A stretch of DNA of 64,000 bases from Lama guanicoe (lineage: Eukaryota), in assembly GCA_013239625.1 (NCBI GenBank), contig MU053158.1, positions 1-64,000 of the forward strand, written 5' to 3'. A program made the position numbers and the translations under genes. The notes under the pieces are model-generated. The model saw only the letters and a program-made list of their open reading frames with translations, ran no database searches and was not told the DNA's origin. Of this stretch, positions 38,501 through 51,093 are shown piece after piece (the first letter of the stretch is position 1; every line of letters begins with the position of its first letter).

Positions 38501-39629
38501 TGTAAAGTGCTCAAATTTTCCCATTTTTTAACTGAAAATATACAAATTTTTTTTTTTACATAGAGTTTCTCTTTCATTATTTTACTAACTTGGCAAGAAA
38601 AAGGATGGAAGCGTTCTTCGGGTTAGTGAAGCTTCTCTTCTCAAGTGGAAAATGGGGTGTAGGCTGTTGTCAATGAAGTATGAGAGACTGGAGTCAATCA
38701 AAGACAGCAGCTGAAGCCAATAACGTAGTTTAAAATAGACTCAAACTACTATGCCTGCCTTTCATTGCTTTTGATTTGTCTCAACAAAATTTGCATTTAA
38801 ACATGGTAAGATTAGCTTGCTTTGCTATGCTTCACATAAAAAATACTTCTTTCCCTGCACAAAGGAAGTTTAATGTCTTTTCTGACTTTAATTTCCATTA
38901 GACTGAATTACTACTGTGTCTGTTGGTGTTTTGCATAAACATTCAGTAGTTACGGTACAAAAATGTATGTGTGTGGTCATCCTAAATAAAAAGTAAATAT
39001 TTGTTTCAAAAATGGTAGTTTAATTTGTGTTAAATATTCATCTGTCATCTACAGCAGCCAGATGTAACCTAGGGTTAGTTTCTACCCTGCATTTAAATTT
39101 TAATTAGCATGCTTCCTTTAATGCCCTATTGTCCACAAAAGACAATGCACCTTGCAATTTGAAATATTAATTTAGATCACATTTACTGTAGATTTATATG
39201 CTAACGTTTTACTATTAACCCATTTCAAAGCAACAATATTGACGTGACAATATAGTTTACATGAAAGAAAATGTTTTCAAAGTGAGGCTATTTAGCTCTC
39301 TCTTAATAAAATAATCACTTCTTAGATTTAAAAGTTTTCTTAAAGAATTAGGAAGTGTCCATGATAACAACATAGCAATATTCTTCTATTAGAAAATAGT
39401 CAATGAGTCAATGTGTATATAATAAAGAAACTGAAGCAGATCAGTACTGGTAAGTTTTACAAGGTCAAACTGTCTAACTATAGACTAACTGGAGGAAGAA
39501 CAAGTATTCAAATTGGTCGTGTGTTAGAACTATGTATTTCAGTGTTAAGTTTTTATAATCTTCAATTTCAATTTTCCTTAATAATATTTGAGATGTCATC
39601 TTTTCTTGAAATTGCCTAAGCATTTTTTT

Positions 39630-40377
39630 GAATGTTAAACTGATTCTAAATTTATTAGGATAAAATCAAGACTTATGTAAATTACATGAAGCAGAATGGC
39701 AAATGTTAAGCCAGTCACTGACGTTTCCACTTGCAGAAGAGGAGGGATGAGGGGGTAAGGGAGGACATCTAGCTTGACTCTATGTGGCTGAAAGCCGCTA
39801 AGATAATCGGCAACTTTCCTTTTGTAGTGCCCGGGCTGGGTCTCCAGTAAGTTCATTTAAATCATCCCACACAGTGAAGTTTATCCATTTATAACACACT
39901 TAAATCTGGGAAATCCTCAGCTCCATGGCATGAACAGCAGGTCAACTGAAAATCACATCGGAAATTCAAAATAAACAAGGAAAAGACCAGTCAATCTTAA
40001 GCTTGTTAAGTGCCTTTTTATTGATTGTATTTAATTCCTTCAGCGTGAATCCAAAGGACAAAAACTGGTCCTGTGGCTTTTCCTCTTTCATTATCCCAAA
40101 CAAGAAAGGAAGGATCGGATAGAGAACAGGAACATAAAATAGCTGTTTCTGCAAAAATGATCACCTTCCTCATAGCTTCATAATTTACTCCCAGTCCATA
40201 AGGTCCTCAGTTCCAGTGATTGGGATGATGGATGACTCCACTTCGGCTACAACCGGCGACCGTGCTGCAATGTATCTCTCCGCAGGATGTACAATAGAAC
40301 AAACGAACCAGCAGGATGGAGTGGCACGCGGGAGTGCCGGGGGATTTCTCTTCAGTGGAAGAGTAGATAGTCATTCC
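39630..40377 (-). other. Candidate 3'-terminal exon of an unidentified minus-strand transcript
   Basis: Acceptor tattttacataattccag at 40378; CpG-retaining 5' part; AATAAA at 40017-40022 and 39651-39656 on the minus strand; no recognised repeat inside. Gene not identified. Confidence 0.3.
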
Positions 40378-41330
40378 CTGGAATTATGTAAAATACAGCT
40401 TGTAAATATTGCTCCCATTGTGGACACGTGCATGTGCAACTTGACAGAAAAGGGCAACACTGGCATAAAAGAATGCAAAAATATTTTCCACTTCAGTGCC
40501 CGTGTGTTTTCACATGGCCAGATTTTGCATTAAACAAAGCTCCCGCTCCATGCTTAGTGAATTGTTAAGAAGGTAAATATATATATATATATTTGAGGAC
40601 AGAGGGAAACGACTTACGGTTTTATCATTGATACTTAGTTTATTCCGAAGCTTGTAATTCAATATTAAAATAATGCTAAACTGCTTGATAATACTTGCTT
40701 AGATCATATTTTTAGGATCACCTCCGTATCTCTTTATAAGTCAATACTATATTTTAACTGAAAAAATTAGGATGTGAAACAATAACCAGCAAATTAACAA
40801 AAGAGACTTGAATTTCCAGACTATCCAGGCGGATGTGTTTACGTCCATCCTTGTGCTGTGCAGCTTGCACAGGAATCAAAACTTCTAACTAACCATACTT
40901 CCCACATTCTTCCACAATCTAACAGAATCTAAAACAGAATGAGGCTAAATGTTTATGTTCTGAAAGGACTTCAAGAGCTAAGACCTCTCATCAGCAAGGA
41001 ATAAGAGTGATTGTTAGCAGTTTGTCCGAGTTGCTAGCAACTAGCAAGAAAAACTCCTTGGCCAGCTCTTACAGTCAACTTCCAAATTGCTTTTGCCAGA
41101 TTCTTCTTTGTCTTTTTCATTTGAAAACTTCTGTTCCACAGGCGGCTGTTTGGCAGTGTGTCATTTGTTTTTAATTTTTATGCAAGTAACCTTCTCTTCT
41201 ACCTCCATACTAGCAGTGCTGGGGCAAAAATGAAGTCAAACTCATAAAAAGTAGCGTACCAGAATTCCAGGTACCCAGCTCCATACAGTCCTGCCACATT
41301 TCATTTATCTAACCAATAAGTATAAAATAG

Positions 41331-41334
<4 letters not shown>

Positions 41335-41362
<28 letters not shown>
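41335..41362 (+). repeat. (TG)14 microsatellite
   Basis: Read directly. Confidence 0.95.
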
Positions 41363-41700
41363 GCAGGGGGTGGGGTGTTAGGAATGGGAGATAATCCATA
41401 ATTTTACTTAAAGTGATTGACCCTCATGACAGATGCAGTGACCTTTATAAGATAATGAAACCAAGACATGGATTTCATATTTTACCTATTAAAATAATTT
41501 AATTTTTTAAAACTTTTGTGGGTTTTTAACGTTTTTTTTTGCTCAGAAAAAAGTGACACTAAAGGAGAAATGTTAATCATAAAATTCTATTTGGTTTATC
41601 TTTTATTCTCAGGAAAGAGATTTGAAACAACACTTCTGCTTGAGAATGTACACTAGAACTCTTTGCTTCAGCTTCTCAGAACATAAAACTACACACTAAA

Positions 41701-42543
41701 CAAGTGTTTCCCATTGTGTGCTATTGTTAGGTAGGTAGATAAGTGGGGGCCCCGGGCAGACAGATGGAGGAGAAGGAGGTTGTTCCGGACGATGGTTTTA
41801 CGCCCGCCTCCAGCATGAAGGGACTTCACTTCTTCTAAATGAGTGCCAGCAAGAAACTGGTTAGAACCCAACAGCCACGACTGCACAGTAGCAGAAAGGA
41901 CTTAATCAGATATGACCCAATACTCATTGTATTATAATTAACATTGCAGTTTAGCACCCCCCGCCGTGGGCTTTTCTGTGTACACCATGGATAAGGACAT
42001 GCGCAAAAGGGTCAATCATGACTTAGCACTCCAGGGACAAGAGCATCAATCAATCAAGAGACCACCTCTAAGCGAGGGTGTAAGAGAAAGGGGAGGCAGA
42101 CACCAAGGCAGACACCAAGGCAGGCTCTTCCTCCCTTGGATCAGCTCACTTCCTGTTCTCAGAGGTATACTTTTGTAAATAAATCTTTTAAATTCCTTTG
42201 CTTCAGGATGCACCGTCTTCCTGCTGTAAATTTATCTTTTGGGTATGGCAAGAACTGAGGTCTTTACCTTTTGGGGTAATACTATAAACTGCTATTATTT
42301 GCTTTAAAAAAGTGTTCTATGATCAAAAAGTTTGGGAAACACTTGATAAAACAAAGCTAAATAGGTATCTTTACTGTCCACTTTCACAGAGCCTTTCATA
42401 TGCTCACATGCATCGTAAATATCAAGAAATGGATATTGTATGCAATTTTTCTCAAGTATATTTGAAAACATTTGTTTTTGCTTAAAACCTATTAATATCC
42501 TGATAAATTTACATTATGCAATGCATGTCTTGAAAAAATGCTA
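41701..42543 (+). mobile_element. hAT-Charlie MITE (MER112-like), split by a solo LTR
   Basis: caagtgtttccca (41701) and its inverted match tgggaaacacttg (~42333-42345); aacaaagctaaataggtatctttactg..cagagcctttcatatgct. Confidence 0.7.
41725..42281 (+). mobile_element. ERV1-type solo LTR
   Basis: Starts TGTTAG and ends GTAATA (CA end apparently mutated to TA); perfect 4-bp TSD CTAT (41721-41724, 42282-42285); AATAAA near 42178. Confidence 0.85.
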
Positions 42544-42999
42544 CTCGAATGTTGCATTCATAAGCACAACCGATCATCGATCTTATATTTTAATCATCAT
42601 TGTCCATCTTCTGATACAATGCAATGCTACAAACAGTGCAAAAACTCTCCAATTATGTGTTACATTTTTTCTTTTCCTTCTGCTATTTAATAGAGTTAGA
42701 ACCTTGTCTATGTAATCTATTTCTTTATCTGCAAAACTTCTAAATAGGCTGATGACCCTTGGTGACTAAAATGACCTACCTTGAAGGAACTAACTCCTCT
42801 ATGATACAGCTGTGGGGATTATGTTTTATAATCTACAACTCTGGATCATTTCCTGCCCACTTTCTAAGAGAGATTCTTCCCATTACCAACTGTAAAAATA
42901 TATGCAGTTTTGAGCTTTAATTTAAATTGATGATTATTAAAATTCACCTTCCCCTTTTCATTTGACATTCAGAGACTCAAAGTCAGTGAAGGAAGGGGA

Positions 43000-43150
43000 C
43001 ATATTGTAGTGAAAATAAAATTAAATTGAAAATCAAGGGACCAGAGTTTAATACCAGTATAACCCTGGGCAAGTCACTTTCAGGACCTCAGTTTCACATA
43101 TGTAAGATGCAGAGTGTGTGATTCATATATTAGAATCTTTCATTCTGAAC
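43000..43150 (+). mobile_element. MIR/MIR3 fragment
   Basis: aaccctgggcaagtcacttt..ggacctcagtttcacatatgtaagatg. Confidence 0.7.
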
Positions 43151-45319
43151 ATGGAATGGGAAACCAAATCTTAATAAGTATTAAATTACTGTGCTCTTTC
43201 TTGCATGTATGAGCCATTGCAACTGGAAGTCATTGAAAACTAAAATTGTATTTTGTTTTTAACTTTTACTTAAAATATAGAAATGGAAATAGACTATGAT
43301 ATTATAAGTCTGTTTAGTAAAACCTTGTACAATCAAGGCAACTTTTCTACCCTACTTCTGTAGTCAAAATTTTATAGATTAAAAATATGCATTGTTTATT
43401 ACAAATTGGGTTAAGATCAGAGACTTTTGCTTTTAGCATAACTATTAGTCTATAGGCTTTTTTCTCAAAAGCAGTCTTTAGTCTAATAGATTCAGAATTG
43501 AATTGCATATCTTTCAACTCATCAATCTACCAACACAAAGCTTTTTTAGTGCCTTTCTGTTTCAAGAAGAATATGTACCTACTTGTTAGAAATCTTGGCA
43601 CCATTTCTCTTCTGTATGTAGAAGATATAATAGCTTGACATTAAAAGAACTTAGCTTCAACAAAATATACCCATTAAGTGTCACAGCCAATTCTTCTTGG
43701 CAAGGAAAAAAAGGTATGAAAAGAGAAAACTGTAAGTTCGTGAGAAGAACACAAATTAAGCCTTTTAAAATTCCTTTGGTTTAACAACCTATGTTTCATC
43801 CATTGTTCAGTAAAAGACATTCACTACATTTTTTATGATCCATTGCTGTAAAATTTTTTTATTTTAAATGTTTTAAGTGTGTCAATTTTACCCTTCCAAC
43901 GTACATGTGAAATGCTTTATACTATTAAAATATTTTAAGGGAAAACATGACCTTGAATGTTTTTGAAACTGTTCTACAAAATTTGTACTTTAGGAAGTAT
44001 TATGACCAAAAAAATAAGATTAAAATGTTTGCAACTTCCAAGACTTATGAAGGAAGGTTTAGAGCAACTCTAAATGTAGAAACAAACATATTTCTTCCCT
44101 TGAAAAGGGTAGAAAGTATTTTACTTAATTGGTAGGGTAGAAACACATACCTTTCATTTTGAAAACGGAGGACAAATGTTTTACTTAATTTGTTGGAGCA
44201 CGATAGTGTGGATGTGTGGATCTGTTCAGGTTCTTGTTTATCATTTCGCTTCTACCTCATTGAGGCACAATTACCAGGTTTAGAGGCTATAGTAAGCTTG
44301 CTGAAGATGACAGGTATTTAGTTATTGCTTTCGGGCACGCAGATGGACTCCCCAGAGCCCTGAAACACTGAGCCTCATTCTACCTGCAGGCACCAAGGCA
44401 GGTGTGCAGCGCTGATGGGGCGGCTCCAAATGGAACATACTACAGGTGATGCTAATTAAGGAAGCCCGGGGACTCTGAAGGAGCACACAGTTTATTGCTG
44501 ATGGTGGAGTGCCACAGGTTAGTGAAAAGCTGGATTGTCTGCTGGCCCAGGGAAGATAAGAACACAAAGGGCACAGAAATGGATTTGAATACAGGCACTT
44601 ATCCAAGTGCCTTTTAAACTACAGAATGCTGCATATAACGGTGTGCTTTTAGCAGTAAAATTAGGAGTCCTTGTATGAATGTACTAATTCATTAACATCA
44701 ATTTGTGTCACCATTTAAGTAGGCTCATTTTTTTTTTGTCACGAAGAGGGAGCATCAAGAAAACATTAAACCAACCTCAAATAAGCTATGATTAAAATGA
44801 AAATCAGATGTATCATGCCATTTTAATAAGTAGTTTTATATAGTGCAATTTTACCGCCACATGAAGAAAAATTATTTTAATTTTGATAACATATGAATTG
44901 AATAAATCTCCATCTTCCCCAGATTTACCAGTTATTTTTAAAATATATTTATTTGGAGAATGATCACTCCATTCCACAGAAAAATGGAATTGCATTTTTA
45001 TTGGCATTATCATCAAATGGTTAATTCTAATAATGATAAATCAGAATTAATTCAGGTTGAATTTATTACAGATAATTTTAAATTTTATATATGCCTCATT
45101 ATTAGATATATTTCCTTTTTAATTAATGTAGCTAGGAAAAAATATTGCCTAAAGAACAATGAGTGTTTAAAATAAGGAAGACATATAACGTGAATATTAC
45201 AGATTTTAGCATGTTTCACCATAGAGCAGCTAGTTGATGATGAACTGTATATAGTCACCTAAAGTGTAGGTGGCAATATAATTGATCATTATGAAATTTA
45301 ATTAGAGTAAAGTGTGTTT

Positions 45320-46400
45320 TTGTTATCTTCTGTTGCTCAACAAACTACCCTAACATTTAATGGCTTAAAATCAGTACTGTTTTTATTTGCTCAAGATTCT
45401 GTGGGTCGGGAATTCAGGAAGTAGCTGTACTTGACCAGGCAGGTTTTATTTTTCTATTTCTTATGGCATTTCCTAGGATTACTCATTTGACTGCGTCCAG
45501 CTGGGTTATCAGCTATAGATTCAGTTCCACGGGGGCGAGCAGGAACTGGAATTGTAATAGGGAAGAACAAATCTGACTCCATTTTAGATCTGTTCTTCTA
45601 GTTCTAACCCTGGGCTCTGTTTCCTGGGCTTAGTCATGCTGATTCTGCACCTTTTGTAAAAGAATGTTGCCTAGAGCCTGAAATATACAGGACATAGCCT
45701 GAAATATACAAGATAGCCCATCCTCAAGGGTATAAAACTTTTCCATTCATGTGGAGATAAAAAGCTGCAGAATGAAGAATAACATTTGCCTGGTGGGAGG
45801 TTTGCAGGAACATTATGACCTAAACTACACAGAATTCTGCAAGAACTGAGGATTCTGACACCAAGGAGTTTGCAACAACTAAACACACCCCCTCCCCTTT
45901 TTAGTATAAAAGGAGTCTTAATTTTGACATGGGGAAGATGGTTCTCCAAGACATTAGTCTGCCATCCTCTGGGTCTGCTGGCTTTCTGAATGAAGTTATT
46001 ATTCCTTGCCCCAACACTTTATCTCCCAATTAATTGGCCTGTTGTGTGGCGAACAGAACAAATCTGGACTTAGTAACAGAATGTCCAGGTGGATTTATTT
46101 ACCTGTATGGTATCTCAGCTGGGGGCTGCCTGGATATATATCTCTTTCTCTCTCCATGTCATCTTTCCAGTATAAAAGTTTTTGCCTGGCAGATAAGGAC
46201 TTCAAGAGAGGAACTGGTGGCTGCACATCAGGCTTGGCCTCAGCGGTTACAGTAGCATTTCCACCACATTCTATTGGTCAAAGCCAGTTCACTACTCATC
46301 TAGACTCAAGGGATGGAGAAAATAGACTCAAGCTTGATGTGGGAGCAGAAAGGGAGCTACTACTGTGGCCCTCTTTAGAAACACAATCTAATTCAGTTTA
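45320..46400 (-). mobile_element. MaLR LTR (MLT1H-like), split by the MER41-like LTR
   Basis: caacaaactaccctaacatttaatggcttaaaa..gattctgtgggtcgggaattc on the left; ttccaccacattctattggtcaaagc..gactcaaggg on the right. Confidence 0.75.
45553..46078 (+). mobile_element. ERV1 solo LTR (MER41-like, cetartiodactyl type)
   Basis: TGTAATAGGGAAGAACAAATCTGACTCCAT...GTAACA; perfect TSD GAAT (45549-45552, 46079-46082); TATAAAA near 45905; short internal duplication agcctgaaatataca (45675, 45696). Confidence 0.9.
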
Positions 46401-47099
46401 CTATCTTTTGGTTTGCTATCCAAAAATACCATTTATTTTATAGAATAGCATCTTAAATTATATTAGACCTTACAGAAATTATCTACAAAAGAGAGGTGAG
46501 CAAGATTTTGAAATAATTCCTTGGTAAATATATAAATTTGAAATCATTATGAAAAATAGTGAAATAGGAAATCAGAATCTGTACCCTCCATGCCCTGAGA
46601 GATCCATTTCAACAAGAAGCATGTGTTCATCACTATGAAACTCAACCTCAGTGCACCTGGCCTCTCAAAGAAATCTAAACTGGAATGAATGAGATAAACT
46701 GTTATGTGTGAGAATTTTTACCCCACTTATGAATGGCTTTTGTTTAGAAACAAACTCCTAACATCTTGCCAAGCCATATTATGGCCTTGCTCATGGCACT
46801 GGAGAGTGGTCACTTCAGGGATTTTCCAGCCAGGTATCATTGAAATCATGGTGACGTCAGTTTCCTAAGGGACTTTAAGGCCTAACTTCTACACCCAAGG
46901 GATGAAAAACATTTTTGTCTTAAGAAGAGACTTTTGCAAAGAATAGAACTGAAAAAAAGTGAACTTTAATTGAAATCAAATGCTCTTTCCTTTATGGGTA
47001 TCTATTCTTTGTTCTGAAAGGCAATAAAACAAAATTTATTGCAAGAAAAGAATTTGATGTTCATATACTTCAACACTTTCGTTTCATTGGTTAAAACAG

Positions 47100-47205
47100 G
47101 AAAGAATTGAGAGGTGGAATCTTGTTCAGAGTCAAAGAAGTAACAAATTGACAGGCCTGGATTAGAACCCAGGAATTTGATTCCATTCCTTTCCAGTTCC
47201 CAATG
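47100..47205 (-). mobile_element. MIR fragment
   Basis: cttgttcagagtca..ggcctggattagaacccagg..ttgattcc. Confidence 0.6.
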
Positions 47206-47262
47206 CACCAGACTGACTCACACAACTTGTGTCTGTCATAAGTCAGGGATCTCTGTCTAGGT

Positions 47263-47587
47263 CAGGGATCAGCAAACCATGGCCTGAAGGCTAAGTCCTG
47301 CCCTCTGTTTTTGTGGAGTCCATAATAAGAATGTTTCTTTTCATTTTGAAAAAGTTGAAAAAAAAAAGAAGAAAAATGTTTTGTGACATGTCTTGAAACA
47401 TACAAAATTTAGATATGAAATGTTTATAAATAAGGCTGTATTGGAACATAGCCACACTCTCCTTTTACGCATTTCCTGTGGTTACTCTCACACTGTGAAG
47501 GCAGAGCTAAGTAACTGTGACGGAGCTCCCTTTTGGCCTGAAATACTTACCATCTGGCTTTTTAGAGAGAAAGCCTTCCTCCCCATG
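47263..47587 (+). mobile_element. MER58B (hAT-Charlie) DNA transposon
   Basis: cagggatcagcaaaccatggcc 5' end; tattggaacatagccacac; gcctgaaatacttaccatctggc; 8-bp TSD gtctaggt/ccctaggt (6 of 8 match). Confidence 0.88.
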
Positions 47588-48049
47588 CCCTAGGTTTTTT
47601 TTTCTTCCTTTTAATTGATTATCTATTGTCCTTCCCTTCCCCACCCCCTCTATCTTTTCTCTCCAACCCTCTGCCCTCTTTCTCTCTCTTTTTCCTTCTC
47701 TGTCATTTTGTTTCTTTCTTTCTTTATTCATTTCTTCCTTTTGTTCATCTCACACATCTTCTTTATGATACCAACCCCTTCAGCTTTTCCTTTGACTTTT
47801 ACACATACTTATGTCCTACGCAGGTTCTTTACATGTCATGTACTCAAAGACTCTGTCCAAGTGTTTTTTTTTTTCCAAAATGACATTCATCCTCATAAGC
47901 AGACATTTGTTTGCTTGTTATATACACAAAGAAATTCAATCAGCAGTCTCATGTCAACATTTCAAAATTCACCTAAACCGGAAACATGTTCAACCCCACC
48001 ACGTCAACTAGAACAGAACGTTATCTACAAGGTAGGTAACATTGGGTGG

Positions 48050-48332
48050 CATAGCTGTTCATCTTCCCAGCTTCAGTGTTTCCCTTTCAGCGATGTCTTC
48101 CCTGACCGCTTCAGTCACAGTGCACAGACCCCCATGTTTCCTTCTTTTCCTCCCTAATTTAACTTCTTCACTGTGCATATAGCTGAAACATATAATTTGC
48201 TTACCTGTTTGTTACTTGCCCCACCAGAATGTAAGCTTCACAAGGTCAGAGATTCATATCAGTTTTGTTTACTGCTATACCCCAGGAACCTGGAACAAAA
48301 TAAGAAGTCACTCACTATTTCTTGAATGAATC
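48050..48332 (+). mobile_element. L2 3' end
   Basis: ccaccagaatgtaagcttcacaaggtcagaga..ttgtttactgctataccccaggaacctggaaca..ttgaatgaa. Confidence 0.8.
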
Positions 48333-48849
48333 TTGGGCTTTTCAACACATAGAACAAAGTCTTGATGAAATAACAGACTTAATTACTTGAACAAAATTGA
48401 AACAAGGAATTTTTAAATTTTAGAGTAAAGAAAAGTCATTTCCAAAACTGGAAAACTAAATTGTGAGGATTTTTTCCAAAAGAACTCTACATCTCTAAAC
48501 TGAAATTATATTTCCATTTTCTGTAATAAAATAGGGCAGAGTGGAAACAATTTAGTTGTTTTAACTGTATCTTAAAATATTTAATGTGCTTAGGTAACAA
48601 ACAAGACAATGCCTTAAAAAAATTCACTGACCCCTTTTAGATGCCAAGAAATAGTGAAAGAAATGACAACCATTGGGAGAAAAGAGAAGTTTATATAATC
48701 TGAAACTATCAGAGAAATTGAAAGTACAATGGAATGAACATTATTTTTCTTAATCCATGGTTCCAAAAGTGTCTTTATAGTGAGAAGATTCAGTTTCAGA
48801 ATCAGGAATTTACTTGTCACACCTAGTTTCTTCATTCTGGAACAATGCA

Positions 48850-49560
48850 TCCATTTGTCATTGATTTCTTGACCTTGATACGTTTGAAGTATACAGATCA
48901 GTTATTTTGTAGAATGTCTCTCTTTTGGGTTTGTCAAATGTTTCTTCATGATTAATATCAGGGTATGCATCTTTAGCAAGAATCACATGGAAGCAGTGCT
49001 ATTTTCTTTTCATTGCATTCCATCAAGCATTGCATGATTTTGATTTGTCCCATTGTTGTTGAGGATAAACTGTGACCACTTGTTTAAGGTGACATCTGCC
49101 AGCTTCTCCATTGTAAAATTACACATCTTCCCTTTCTTACTGGTAAGGATTTGAGACAGGAGTAGAGTAAGTACTGTGAAACTATGTAAATATCATAATC
49201 AGATTCCTTATCAAAGTTTCGGTTTGTTCATTTATTTAATCTATTAGTATGGATTATGGTTTCCTAATATATTCATTTAGCATAATCCATTACTATCATT
49301 GTTTATTTTGATACTCACTGTGTACATTTTTTTTGTCTAGTGGGAGCTCTTAGAGTTGACTATTGTGTTATTTTGATGTTTCCATCACTCTCTTGAGTAT
49401 GTCATTGCTTTCTGACATAATAGCACATTTCATGTTCATTTTATATTTTTCATTCCCTGCCTGGTATCATTTCCACATTTCCATCATTTCTATTGGATTA
49501 TTACTGTTTCCAGTTCCTCTCAGTGGATAGACCTCAGGGATACGTGTATGTATATCATGG
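48850..49560 (-). mobile_element. L1MC4/L1MC5-type 3'UTR
   Basis: cagttattttgtagaatgtctctcttttgggtttgtc..cttcatgatt; aaggtgacatctgccagcttctccattgtaaa; reverse homolog of 790-1590. Confidence 0.8.
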
Positions 49561-51032
49561 CTTCTTTCCCACGTGAGGCTCTGCACACCCACCAAATCCA
49601 TGTTACTCCATAATTAAGTTACAGTTTGTTCTCCTAGAGCATTCACAAATGCAATTAGTCATTCGCTCTTTCAGGAAAAGAGGTGAGTGGCCAATTTCAC
49701 CTGCAATTAACCAATTACCTCATGGTTTCATTTGCTATGCTTGAATCCATGTGTTTTTAAACATTGTTTGTACTGCATCCAAAACATCCAAAGGAAAGTC
49801 AGGGACAATTTTTCAAATCCTGGATTAATGTACTTGAGGCAGCACATCCTTTCTCTAAACTAGAGACTAAACGATTAGAAATGAAAATGACACAATTAGA
49901 TTTTTCTTGTTATTATGAAACAAAGAATCCTCACATAGTAAAGTGCAGAACTGCAGAACAGAATGTCAACATCAGTGTCTGCAAAGCTCACCGGCTTGTG
50001 CAAGGGCTCTCATTTCATAGACCATTTGTTGCAGTATGATTTAAAAATCAGCAGATTTTAAGAAATGAATAACAGTACTCTTATTTTCTTTTCCTTTTCT
50101 GTTTTTAAGGTAAATATACCCATAGATAGATGACTGACGGATAGGTAGATAGATAGGTAAGTAGATGACAGATGTGATTGAAAGGGGTGGCTGCTAATTT
50201 TCAATTGTTTTCGTCTTGACGCATTTCACCCACAACTCAGGTATTTCATTTTCAGTAAGAATCCCACCTCGACTCTATAATTAAAACAACTTAAATTCAA
50301 ATTTAAAATAAGAAGAGAATAATTGTTTCTGTGTTTCTGTCTGGTCCCTATCCCTGAGCTCACCAAGATCTAACCCTACACCTGGTACTCAGATCCTTTT
50401 CAGTCACAAGATTTAGATTCTTCTATTCTAGTAACTTGTATAATAAAAGTGAGGGAATGACTATCTATAAATGGTTGATTGTGCCAGTGTGCTCTTGAAA
50501 ATTGCTGCCTTACAGGCACCATGAGTCACCTCGGCCATTTACCATGTAATGGATATTTCTTCACCTGAGAAAAATGAAATTTGATCAACTTTTCTAAGAA
50601 AGCATCTGAGTACATGGCTTGGGGTAGTTCATTTCTGTGATAGTTTTCTAAACATTACAGCAATGGAGAGAAGAAAAGCATGAGATATTCAGAGTCTTGC
50701 TACGTAGCTCTATCTCATGAGAGTTAGAAAATATGAAGATTTTAGTTTAAATTATTTGAAACTATTTAAGAATTTTTTAAAAGCTTATTCTCATCTCATT
50801 TCATAAAGTTACTGGCAGTTCACTTTTTAGTTAGAAAGGATAGAAGAGTCTTCAGAATTTGCCTGGCCAGGTTACCTCTTTTAAACAGATGGTAGAAGTC
50901 TGAATGTGTTGTGTACAGACTCAATCTATATTCTGGATGGAGAGGCCCCAACTTCCCATTGGTTTAAACATGCCTACGGAATGAAAACTCAGGAAGTCCA
51001 AAGTCTAACAGGAGAGGCAAGCATGTACTCAA

Positions 51033-51093
51033 TAATTTAGCAAAGCAGATTGTGATAAAGTAATTTAGCAAAGCAGATTGTGATAAAGTAATT
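51033..51093 (+). repeat. Perfect 28-bp tandem duplication
   Basis: taatttagcaaagcagattgtgataaag at 51033-51060 and 51061-51088, then a partial taatt. Confidence 0.95.

Noticed and set aside
40216..40533. 105-aa plus-strand ORF
   Set aside because: Non-ATG start and no recognisable domain; probably a shadow of local GC content.
2444..46078. The two MER41-like LTRs as the ends of one provirus
   Set aside because: Opposite orientation, different self-contained TSDs, and no gag, pol or env between them.
47615..48157. 180-aa Phe/Ser/Leu-rich ORF resembling a membrane protein
   Set aside because: Translation of a pyrimidine-rich low-complexity tract running into L2.
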